64,000 bases of DNA from Lama glama. Its lineage: Eukaryota. The notes below the pieces were generated by a model. The model saw only the letters and a program-made list of their open reading frames with translations, was not told the origin of the DNA and searched no databases. The DNA lies in the NCBI GenBank assembly GCA_028534125.1, contig CM052816.1:61072001-61136000 (forward strand), read 5' to 3'. A program made the position numbers and the translations under genes. Positions 26,600 through 38,550 of the stretch are shown here, piece after piece; position 1 is the first letter of the stretch; each line of letters begins with the position of its first letter.

Positions 26600-27490
26600 A
26601 AAAAATAAGAAGTGCTATTACGAGTGCATCTATAATTATATACCTAGAAGATCTAAACATACCATCTAAAAATCTATTCGCAATTTTTTAAATCTTCAGA
26701 ATACAGTAGGTAACACAAGAAAAATCAATCTCCTCTATTTATATATCCAGGTAACAATACAATTAAAGAAACAGCTCCATTCATAAGAGCAGTAGCTTTC
26801 ACCTTTGCTCCATTAAGATTTTTGGAACTCAACTTAACAAAAAAATACGTAATTCTTAACAATAACAAGAAATACGCATGCTATTAAGAAACATGGATAT
26901 GACAAGAAGAAAACCATAAAACCCACTGAAGGGCATAAACTATTAAGTAAATGGAAAACTTACTTTCCTAGAAAGAGATATGCTATTGTAAAGGTATCAA
27001 TTACTTCTTAAATTAATCTATAAAATCAAGCACTCTCAATCAACAAGCCAGCAAGAATTATTTTTAGAACTTAATGATTCAAGTCCACCCGGAAAAATGT
27101 TTCAAAACTAAAGTAATAAACTGACACTTTCAGATATTATGCATACTGTGAGGAGGAGAAAAACCAAGACAGCACAGTATTTTCATAACAAAAAAACAAT
27201 AAATAAAAAAGAATATCTTGTCATAGATTAAGTGTATTTGGGAATTTACTACCAATAAAGCTACAATTTTTGAAGTAAAAAGATGAAACAACTGGTTAGA
27301 AATTTGGAGAGAACCAATCTAGATGATTATTTCACTTCTTAAGCCAACATGAGAAAATTTAGGTTATTACTTTTATAATCCTTTCTAAGAATATCATTAA
27401 AGCCAAAAATGCATAAAGACTGAAAAATGTAAAGTTCTGTATGGCAACACCGTAACCAAAGCATATAAGCAACAAATCAATAAATCCATG
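26600..27490 (+). mobile_element. Very old L1 (L1ME-like) ORF2 remnant
   Basis: ataattatatacctagaa..., aagtaaatggaaa, cttaaattaatctataaaatcaa motifs. Confidence 0.55.
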
Positions 27491-29179
27491 TGGAACACAA
27501 AAGGCATACAAATATGCATAATTCCTAAAAGAATTTTTACATTTAACTTGCCAACATCACAACTAGTAAGTAGCAATGTGACTCTAAGCCCTATATTATT
27601 AGATACTAAACTACACTGTCTGTCTCAGATTTGCACAAGTACTTTAGGACAGCTGATAGCCTATCTGTTCAAGAATGCTCACAGAGAGGTACTCTTACAT
27701 ACTATTGGTAGAAGTATAATAGATCCAAACTCTTCAGAAGGACTTTGAGTCTGTCTATCAATTTCAACTATACATATAGCTAATGTACTCTGGGTACCTG
27801 TCCACCAGAAAAAAACTCTTAACAGTGTAAAAATGTTATGCAAAGAGTACAAGAATAAATCTATGTTCTGTAAGCACTGTCTTGTATAACAACGAAACAA
27901 TCCTAATGCTAATTAACACATGTACATACCTATTATATTCCCTTATATATCATATATATGTATCTCCTATTTTTATTTGAAGATACTTATACATGTACGT
28001 ACATGCACACTTACATGTTGGAATATATATAGAAGTGTTCAGAAGAATACACAACACACTGAGTATCTCTGGGAGATGGGATTATAGATACTTTTTACCT
28101 TCTGTATTATAAATTTCTGCATTTGAATTTGTATAACCAAAAAAAAAAAATTAAGAAAACTGTTTTAGCCCTTCCCTTTTGCCTATCAAAAGCTCTCACT
28201 GATTGCACCTCTAGCCTTCCAAGCCTACACTCATGTATCTCATTCTATAGATACCTAAAAGACAGAATTGACAGAAATGGTATTGATTTCAATAACCAAA
28301 GTCAAAGAGATAAGGAATAAACTTCCTAGGGTTCCTGTCTCGGGAACAGTTTTCAAAACAAAGCCAACAGGAGACTATGCTGGTATCAGTTATCTCTGAT
28401 ACATTGAACTGCATCTATTATACATGGCCTCCCATATTCCAGTTAGCCCCAGGACAATTAACTAAATCTTTTGAAGTTCCCAGAGATTAATAAGGCACCC
28501 AAAGAATCTATTTGCTGCTGCCAGGATCCTCATCTGTTCCTAGAAGACTAAGTAAATCTAGTCTAGTCACAAAAAGATATCCCAATATGCTTCTTACATC
28601 ACTTCCCAAATCTCCAGGAATGGGGGAAGTCAAACCAACTTATTCTAGGCTGGGTGACAGCCTTCACATGGAGATTCATTTTTAGATTACAGTTTCTTAT
28701 GCTGGCCCTAATACAAATGAAAACCTTCTCCCACCCCACCCCACAAGATTCTGGAACTGGTCTAAGGTTTGAAATTCTAAGGGCACCATTATCAAGAAGA
28801 TAGACCTTGCTCCAAACTTTGGGATCTTTATATGGAATATGAATATATGAATTCATATTCACATAGGCTCCATATGGAAAAATTCAATTGCATCAAAATC
28901 ACTGCATTCATACTGAAATCAAGCCCCAACATTATCTCTACGAGGAACTTATCCAATGTAGACAATAAAAGCATTAATTCATTCCATCCATCTTTCACAT
29001 AATAACCTGGAATTACTGAGGAATGAAGTATTTCACCTAAATGTATTTTACCATGTTAATTTTATCCCTTTAGAAATACTTTTGAAATTCATTAGATTAT
29101 AGAGACTTCTGGCTGAAAATCTTTATCTGAACAAATGTTTACCTCATCTCCCTCACTAAAAAATAGTACAGAAACAAAA

Positions 29180-30350
29180 CTAGTTTTCACTATCAGAGAA
29201 AAGTTACAAATATGGAACAGGAAAACACTAGAACGAACCCTGTGGTACTGAATTAGAGTTGGACATATCAGCGAAACCATTTTATATTTATAGAAATACA
29301 GGTGTAAATGTGAATGTGTACATGTGCACATAAAAATATCCCCTATTTGTACACTAAGGAGGCATGGAGCAGCGATACTTCAAGAACAACAAGCACAAGA
29401 AGTGCCCCGATCTTGGCTTCTAAGTACCATTTTCCACTAAAAATAATCGGAGCAAGTTTGAAGGTTAAGTATGGAACATTATATTGTGATAGATACAAAA
29501 AAAGTATTCAGAGATGTATGTCAAAATGAAAATAAACCAGCTGGAAGGGGTTCCCATTAGCCAAATCAAGAACAATATGAGCACCAAAATAAATGATAAT
29601 GGATTATAACTCAGTGAATATAACAGGCAACCATGAATAGCTGTAAATAAATGAATAAACTAAAAAATCTGATGAGGAACAAAACATTTAACATTTACCT
29701 AGCCCCAAAATATTTATTAATTACAAATGAGGAATAAGTACCTTGACATATAACCAATTCCTATTAGCAATGGGACAACTGACATTACCTGACACCTGAT
29801 AAAACGCAATGAGATGCATGCAAGATCATTTTCAGAATACCTAACAAAGATCTAATCATGAAAATCTAATCAAAGATCTGATCATCAAAATGTCAGAGAA
29901 ATGCAAATTACAGATTATGCTACAAAATAACTAGATCTATAATCTTCAAAAGTGCCAAGCACCTGAAAGTAAAGATAAAACCCGTTTCATATTAAAGGAG
30001 ACGAAAGAGACACGACAGCTAAATGTAAGGCATGATTCCAAACTGGATTCTTTTGCTCTAAAAGGCATTAGGATAGTTTGTGAGGTTGTATTCTTGTTAG
30101 TAATGTATTCTTGTTAGTAATGTATTCTTGATAACTTCCTAATTTTGATAATGATGATGTTATTACAGAGGAGAATGCCCCTGTTTGTAGGAAATAAACA
30201 TTAAAGCAATTGGGGGTTATGAGGCATCAGGTAGGCAACTTACTATCAAATGGTTCAGGAACAAAAAAATTCTTTGCACTATGCTTCCAACTCCTCAGTG
30301 TATTAGTCACTGTTACAAACTTTAATATACAAAAAATAAAATTATAAAAA
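29180..30350 (+). mobile_element. Old L1 3' region (L1MC-like); 17-bp unit x2.6 at 30087-30130
   Basis: gatcttggcttctaagtaccatt, aatcttcaaaagtgccaag, attaaaggagacgaaagagacacgacagctaaatg motifs. Confidence 0.65.
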
Positions 30351-31212
30351 ATCTATAGCAGTACTAAAAAACCTGGGAGGGGTATATCTACAGATCAGAA
30401 CAGAAAGGAATTTGCAGACAGTACAGAGTATGGTGGGGGCTGGGGATGGAAGAAATGACAACAAACATACCCGAAGAACCAGATACACAAAACAAGCATA
30501 AAGTGGGATTTCCAAAAAGGCTAAGTTTTCTTAGCAAGAAGGATTGGGAAAAGTGTGTCCCAGGCAGTCTGCCAGGTAATAAAACCACAGTAGAACAGCT
30601 GCATGGCTAAGGCCTCTAGCATAGCTCTCTATACTGTGGGAGATCTGACACTTGGGCAGTATAACCTTGAAAACAGCGGAATGTTATCTCCCAAGGGACA
30701 GGAAATACATGTAACAGGACAAGCTACCCTAAGAAGAAACCCATTAGCTAAATATACCAAAGACATAAGAACAGGGATTCACTTGGGCTGGAAAAATACA
30801 CTTAAATGACCAATACACTATAGTCTGGACCATAATATAAAACTTCAACTACAATGAAAAATTCTAACATTTGAGGAAAAACCAAAAGCATGATGGATAT
30901 ACCAAACACAATAAGAACAAACTTCCTATATTGTTAATCTGGAAACAGAAGACAATGTAAACACAACATACAACTCAAAGATTCAAGATGTAACTTACAT
31001 GTAGACCAAAAATACAACTAAAAAATAAAAATCAATGTCTATGGAAAAGTTCTTAGGAACTCTACTTCTCTCCCCAAAAAAGTAATAAAATAATTGAAAA
31101 GAACTGATGACCAAATTAAGGAGCTGAACAATCAAGCCTCAGGATTCTCCCTGAATGAGACAGGACAAAAAAAAAAATCAAAGGAACAAAACCTTCACAA
31201 ATCCCAACATCC

Positions 31213-32526
31213 ACCTAAGTTCTCAAAGTGTGGTCAATGGGCCCTGGATGGCCTGAGACACTTTCAAGGGGTCTTAAAGGTCAAAACTATTTTCAGCATA
31301 ATATTGAACACCATTTGCTCTTTCCTACTATATCGACAGTGATGGTGCAAAAGCAATGCTGGGTAAAAGTGCTAGCACCTTAGCGCAAAGGCAGTAACAT
31401 CAAGCTAGACTGGCACCACTACATATTCCCAGATTTCTTTTTAAACACCACTTTCAAATAAAAATATCTTTAATGAAGCAGTAAAAAGTAATTTTATTAC
31501 ATCTCAACTCTTCAATACATGTCTTTTTCATATTCTATGTAGAAAACGGCAATCTTCAGGAAAAGCAGTTGGGTAAATTACTTTGAGTTATGGAACACTA
31601 TTTCGACCATAAAGAGAGAGTGGCAAACTATGGTTATATAGACTTAGGAATGTGGCAGACATTTTCTCAAAAATAAACCAAGTAAGCCTGCAATTTCAAG
31701 GGGAAAACATGATCAGTATTTGTTACCAATGATTAATATTTGAGCTTCCAAGTGAAAATTCAGAACTGCAGAAAATTTGTATCTGCCACCCTGAGCTTGA
31801 CACCTTCATAACATTAAAGACTTCTGATGAGATTACTGGTGATGTTAACAATTTTTTTTTGTTTCTGCATAAAGAAATGTGTCAACATTTGGTAAAAAAA
31901 GTGTAATTCAATGGGCCAGTATTTCTCAAACAACCAATAAATGATGTTACAAAATCATAAAACAGGTAAAAAAAATTCATTCAAAGTGCAAGATATACCA
32001 TGGATTTTCAGGTAACAAGAAATGAAAAACTCATTGATAGGGTTTTAGATTCAACACTGCAGCTCTCCTTAAAAAACTACCATTTGTTAAATTTTGGTGT
32101 GGTATCAAATAACACCCACAATCATCTAAAAGGGCTTAAATATTCCTCCCTTTTCCAACCACCTATTTGTATGAGACTGGATTTTCTTCATATACTTCAA
32201 CCAAAACAATATATTGCAAGATTGAATGTAGAAGCAGATGAGAATCAAGCTGTCTTCTATTCAGCCAGAAGTAAGACCTGCAAATATATGTAACAATGCC
32301 ACTTTTTGCTAAAGATTGGTCTTGGAAAAAAGTTATTTATTAAAAAATATTCTTTATTATCACAGTGTTACATTAACATGAAATCACTTATTAGTTATTT
32401 TTTAAATGTGTATTACAGGAAATATAATAAATATAACCCACACAAACCAAAGCCCTATGGGGTTCTCAGTAAATTGTAAGAGTATAAAGAGATCCTAATA
32501 AGACCAAAAAGTTTGAGAACAGCTGC
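31213..32526 (+). mobile_element. Charlie1a-like hAT DNA transposon with decayed transposase
   Basis: Ends gttctcaaagtgtggtc and gaccaaaaagtttgagaacagctg; translated remnants VADIFSKINQVSLQFQG (31652-31702) and FPTTYLYETGFSSY (32152-32193, hAT C-terminal dimerisation motif). Confidence 0.85.
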
Positions 32527-35500
32527 CTTAGGGCTATTACTATTACTTGTAATTATGCTATAATAGAGTGAATCGTCCCAAGGACAAATGAAATGTAGAA
32601 CGCCCAAAGCAAGCTGTGTGAGACCACCCTATTTTCTAAGTTGGCCAGTCTTCTTTCCATTCTGTAACGTCAGAGACCATCACTTCATGATGCTGTCAGT
32701 GTGCTTTCTCACCACTTCCAGTACATCAAAAAGGCAGGAAACAGCTCAATGTGATAAAAAATAAATGGGCTCTGAATAAGGATGTCCCTATGAATGAAGC
32801 CCCTAGATTTTACTATATCCATTTTGATTACTTAGACGTCTTTCTGATTATGTTCTAGTTTTTCTACTACATTCTATATACTGAAAGTCATAGATAACTT
32901 CCAGATAAGGAGAACCTTCTTTTATTACTTAATGTTTAGGTACTCTTTTCTATTGTCTTACATACTATCAATTACAAAGGCTGGCATGCCTTCATCCAAT
33001 GGTACCTGGAACCAAATTTCAAGTGAGAAGAATAAAATGAGTGATAAAATTCAACTCTGCTTATTTCATAAAAACAGACAAAGGAAGACAATGACACAAT
33101 GTTAGGGACACTGACAGAGAAGACATTTAATTTGAGAGATAGGACAGGAAGGAAAGGACCAAAATGGAGAGGGGAGGTATAGAGATATAAGCTTGTGTGT
33201 CTTAAGAGGCCAAAAGCATAACAAAACAAGAAGGCATGGGGGTTAATTAATGTAAGAATAGTTAACAACCTGATATTATCTTCACAAAGGTAATTGTGGA
33301 GATATTAAAGGGAAAAAAAGAATTGAGAAAACAATATAAATAGAAACAAAATATATTCATGAGTACTAGGTTAAATACTGACTGGCATGTAAACTGCACT
33401 GGAATGAAAAGGGATATTCAGAATTCAAAGATGACGACCAAATAAATTTTTCTACTCATGTTTTTAACAGTTTTGAAGTAATAAGCATGGTCTAGTAAGT
33501 TTAGAAAGAGAAGAAGGGCAAAATATAATTAAAAAATAAGAGCTGAACGTGGAGAAAATAGGGGAAGTAAATGAAGCTAACTCTAAAAATAGGAAGCTAA
33601 AGGAATCAGAAGAAAAACGTGAGTAACAGTGAGATTTCTTTTTTACAATTAGGAAACAAGACAGAAAAAGTTAGAAGTATATCTGAAAAATGGACAGAGA
33701 ATGACTTAAGAGTTAGTGACAGGCACCAAGAAAGAAACAAAAAATAATGAGGAGTAAATCATAGAAAAATGGAAGACAGAAGTGCTGAGCTTATTTCTTT
33801 AGACAATTCAAAAGTAGATATTATAGAGCATAATTTATGTGCACATCTTCTATGGTAAATAGTGTGAATTCAAAAACTGAATAATCTATTATGAACAGCT
33901 AAACAGAGGTAAAATATGTTGTCAGGAAAGGAAAAGAGAAAGGAATCTTTAGGACTTTATAACAGGTGTTCCCAGAAAAAAACAAGGCATGTGACAGAAA
34001 AATGAATGGGCAAGGAAAAGAGACAAAATAAAAATGCAAGCAACAAAGTCTTTAAGAGAATCTAAGCAAGCAGCAATTACCAAAAAAAGAAAAAAAAAAT
34101 TACTTTCCTATCCAACATCACTACAATCTGCGTAATCCCAAATACTTGGTAAACACTGCCATGATCCATTTCTAAACCAAATAGCTTAAACTCTGTATCA
34201 TGTTATTTAAAATAAATTCCTAAATATGCACCTAATTTTCTGAAATATTCATGTGTTTCTTAAAGTGAAATATTGTTTACTACCAAGAGCTCAACACCAG
34301 TATCCCTAAAATAACTGAATTTTAGAGATTTACCAATGATACATCCAAAATGTCTCGTTATAACTTCATCAGGAAACTAGGTGCAATAAAAATTTATTTT
34401 CCATATTTGAACCTCTCTAAGCTTTTTATACATGAAAAGTTTGTAACAGTTTGTTCTCTACCAGCAGGCCAACTTCATAACATCACATCTGAATTAATTA
34501 GTTGAGAGATTAAGTTTAACACTATTGAAAACTCCAATAAACAGTGCCATTAACTGCATTTTGTACACCTTGTAAGTACTCTAGATCTGTCAATTTAGTC
34601 TGAGAAAGCCCACACAATATTACGAGTATGTAAAATTTGATGTCTTTTAAAAATATTTTAAGTATCATCTTTTTAAAGCCTCATTTCAAGCCACTGTCAC
34701 ATTTTAAACAAAACTTTGCAAATATTTATAGTTTGATAATAGTATAAAACCTAAAATTCCTTAAGTAAGCTCAGTGCTAAACTAATAAAAGTCTAAGTAA
34801 ACCATAGAGCAAATTTTGCCTCTTTGAGAGGGAAAAAAGGAATGAAAGGCACCTACAAAGCTGAACATTCCACTTTTAAAAATGTGTAGTTTGCTTCTAC
34901 GGCTCCCACAAGAAAAAAATCAAAAACCGTATCTAAAAACAGGGATCTAAACAGGTATTTTGTAGGCATCTCTGTTAACGACTGAGGTTAACTATAATTT
35001 TTATAAGTCAAATTTACTAATGCAGAGAAACCTTTTCGCAAAGTGGTAATTCTCTATAAAAGACTTGCTCTATTAAGGCTTTGCTGCTCTGAAGCCAAGT
35101 ATAAACCATATAAGGAAACTGAAGTTCAATGCCATTTATTTTGTTCCCCTCTTTCAGATGCCCAAGAATAACCTCTTTCCTTGCCCAATGATATGCTCCA
35201 AAATCATAAAGTAGATCAATTATGTACTTTAAATTCCTTGGTAAAGGTGCTTTAACAGGAATTACTTGATAGTTCACAAATCTTACCAAGATTTTAAAAA
35301 ATTTAAAAATTTTTCCAAAAGGAGCTCCAAAGACTAAGTTCTGGGAAAACATACCAAATCAGTAAACAGTAATAAATAGTTAATTTAAGATTCCTATTTT
35401 GAAATATACTTAAAGTAACAAAGAAGTTGTGGCATAATTTGATCCTGTCCTTTAAAATCTACCTTTTCTTTGTACTAAAGAAAGCCAATTATATTTTTCT

Positions 35501-36727
35501 TGGGGTAGCATGGGCAAATAAAATAAATGTCAATTTATATTTAAGATACACCTACCAAGAGAATATCATATTTACTTAATATTTATTCAGAAGCACAGCA
35601 TTATCTTTAACCTCCCTTTACCACAAAAGTACTGGGGAAAAAAACCAAACTTAAAAAGGCACAAACTAAAACACCACTGAAGAAACCGCTTGTGTTTGCT
35701 GCGACCAAAACTAGTTTGAGCCGTAAAGACCACGGATTGGTTCAGAAGTGTTTATATTTATAACTCTGACTGGTGGAATGTCTCTCATGCTTCACTAATC
35801 CCTACCCCCACGGTAGACACTCATTACTTATTAGGCAGCACCGGCCAAAACATTTGGGCCAACAGAAAAATGTAAATACTGTACTATTCCAAAGTACAGC
35901 TGTTTATCACAATCAATGTGATTCCCATGAAAATCGTTTTAAGCGTTTTACTTCCCTTCTCTTATATTCTGTTCTGAATTGCACAGAACTCCCAATGAAC
36001 CAAACTACTTACAGGTGTTATTGTTTGTTTTTTAATTATAACTATCTTTATCCATACACTCCTTTCTTTTTCTTCCTACTGGGCCAGTTACAAGGAAAAT
36101 CCAGCCAACACTTGCTTTCAATTAATTAACCAAATATTATAGAGTTCTGAATGTCTAAAAGGAACACGTTATTGAAAAAATGTATTACCCACTTAGAAAA
36201 ACGGCAAAGGTTTTTTGTTTATACAACCCAGTGAAATAGATTCACAAGGGCTAGAACTAAAAAATCTCTATATACGATTAAACGCGAAACCCCAATAATC
36301 GGTGAGAGTATAAACAAATGTGGCAGCCATCTCAACAGCAGCAAATCGCTCTCCGCAGCGACCTAACTTTCTTCACAAACAAAAGTTGCCCGGTTCAGCA
36401 ACTTAATACATAAAAAATATACATTGTATATGTCCCGGGAAACTAACACTTCTGGACCTTGTGCTGAACAAAGGCACTCTTTCTTCCCATTGCTTAAAAC
36501 TTTTCGTCCCACCGCACTCTTACAACCTCTTCTAGAATAACCAGAGTCCAGATGGTAGAAGGGGCAATAAAATCAGTTCTAAATCAGTTCTACTTAGCGC
36601 TTAAAACACCTGAATATAAGAAAAGGCGAATTTAAGGCAACTTGCGAAAAAGTGAAAAACACTAAAGTTTCCTCTCTTTCCCGGCCCAGGAGCTTTGTGA
36701 CCTGTGGACACATTTCTTGAAAATTAC

Positions 36728-36985
36728 CTTTCGGTCGGGCAGTGTCTCAGGGCAGCTTTTTCAAGGCTTCGCCTGACATGATTTCCTTCCCTTCATCAGT
36801 CACTTCGGATCCAGCCGAATTTCTCTCTCTGGTGAGAGCGGATGTGGAGTGGCCTCCCGCAGTAGGAAGAGTAGGTGGCTTTGGTGGGGGTTGGGAAGCG
36901 GGCTGATTTCCTGGTCTTGAGTTTTGCAGGAGTTTCCCAGCCCCAACTAGGATCTCCGCCGAAAAAAAAAACTTTTCACTCGTGA
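36728..36985 (-). other. ERBIN: ERBIN exon 1 (non-coding 5'UTR); 5' end/TSS approximate
   Basis: Minus strand reads ...TTTTTTCGGCGGAGATCCTAGTTGGGGCTGGGAAACTCCTGCAAAACTC...GAAGGGAAGGAAATCATGTCAGGCGAAGCCTTGAAAAAGCTGCCCTGAGAC...CCGAAAG|GTAATT. This matches my recollection of the human ERBIN mRNA leader. Canonical donor AAG|GTAAT at 36728/36727; lies at the edge of the CpG island. Confidence 0.88.
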
Positions 36986-38550
36986 CACCGCCCGGAATTA
37001 CAGTGCGAAACTCACTTCCTGCCTGGGAGAGCAGCAGGATTCAGCTCGGTCCAGGGGAACCCGGAAAACCAGCTCCACGCGCGCCCGGGAGGGGGAGGGG
37101 AGGGGGCGTCAGCCGCGAGCCCGGGACTCCGGGCGACCCGCGCGTCCCGACACCCGACGGCGGCGGAACCCGGCCGGCCGAGGCAAAGACGCCGCCGCGG
37201 CGCTGGGCGAGCCTCGGCCGCGCTAGGCCGCCACCTCCTCCTTGCCGCCGCCCCCGGAGCCGGGCAGCGGGGTTATTGTCTCGATAGCGCCTGCCGCGCC
37301 CTTCGCTCGCGCCGCCGCCGCGGCCGCCCGGAGCCGGAGCCGAGGGGCCGGGCAGGCTGGATGGCGGCCCGCTCCCCGGGCCGTCCGTCGGGCCGTCCGT
37401 CCTTCCGTCCGTCCGTCCCTGTCCGCCTTCCCTCTTGGCCCTCGAACCCTCTTCTCCCCCCTCTCCCGTTTTCCCGCCGCCGTCCCCTCGCTCCCCTCCT
37501 CGTTCTTCTTTCCCGGCGGCAGTGGCTCCCCCGGGAAGCGCAGAGGGTGGGGGGAGGCGGCGGCTTGGTCCCCTCACGAGCTCGCGGGGCCGCGGCAGGG
37601 GCCAAGGCTGCGTCCCGCGCCGCCGCGCCACATTCACTCGAGCGAGAGACTGCGAGGGGCGGGGAGGGGAGGGAGGGAGAGGAGAGAAAGGAGGAGGAAG
37701 GGGGCTGGGGCGGAGGGGAGTTACAGCCTCCCAGGCCGCGGCCGCAACAGCGCCACCGCCCCGGCGGCGAGGGGGGGAAGAAGCTGCGCGCGGCGGCGGC
37801 TCCGCGACGGGGGCGGGGCGGCCTCCCGCCAGCTTCGCCCCAACCGCCAACAGCCGGGCTGGAGGCCGGCGCGAGCCAGTCACCGCGCGCGGGGGCGGCG
37901 CGGGCCGACGTCGGCGGCGTTGGCGGCGGGAGGCCGGGGGGCGGGGGGCCGCGGGCGGGGCCGCCGGCGGCCCGGGGTTCGTGTGCGAGGCGCGGCGTGA
38001 GGCCCGCTCGGGCCCAGGGCCCGGAGGCCTGCCTGCCGCTCTCCAGCGGCCCAAGGTGGGGGACGCGGATGACGTCGACCCCGGCTGTCCCGCGCCCAGC
38101 CTGGGAGACGGAGAGTCGCCAGGTCTCGGCCACCCCGGCCGATTGAGTTTCTTTGTGCGACAGTAATCGGGTGCGAATGGTTCCAGTCCACCGCGATTTT
38201 AAGGCCGCAGGTATCTCAACTGCAGCACTCCAACTTCCTCTAATGGCAAGCTCAGTTTGCAGGAAACCACAGCGGTAGCTCGGAGGAGCTTCCCACGCCG
38301 GCCCTTGCTCCGAGCTTGCTTGCACAGCAACGCCGCTGGGGCTCCTCCAAGTCTCAGCCTCACACCAACGGGGAGACAAAGCTGGCGCTGGGAGGGGGAA
38401 AATGGCCCGCGAAATTGCCTCAAGATAGTGCCTTTGTTAGAGGAAACATTGGATACATTCCGAACGCGACGTAGGCTTCCAACCCTGGCGGTTTCGGTGG
38501 TGCAGTTGTTGAATTACGCTGGCCCGAATGATTCAGCCTGGCAGGGTTTG
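36900..38550. promoter_or_regulatory. ERBIN: CpG island / ERBIN promoter, probably bidirectional
   Basis: Very GC- and CpG-rich stretch in an AT-rich background. GC boxes (GGGGCGGGGC ~37809-37819), ETS motif ACTTCCTG 37014-37021, CRE-like TGACGTCG ~38070; no TATA box evident. Confidence 0.92.

Larger units (their letters stand above)
3767..36727 (-). other. ERBIN: ERBIN intron 1 (32,961 bp, GT..AG)
   Basis: Bounded by the exon 1 donor and exon 2 acceptor; filled with TEs, most L1 copies antisense to the gene. Confidence 0.85.

Noticed and set aside
30087..30130. Short direct repeats as a possible CRISPR-like array (also 1091-1114, 10542-10599, 11900-11941)
   Set aside because: Only 2-3 adjacent units with no series of unique spacers, in eukaryotic DNA; these are local duplications.
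32000..32293. 97-aa ORF
   Set aside because: Lies within the decayed Charlie transposase; the conserved motif is in another frame, so there is no intact gene.
35017..36129. 111-aa and 118-aa ORFs in intron 1
   Set aside because: AT-rich sequence with no recognisable domain or convincing exon structure; consistent with chance.
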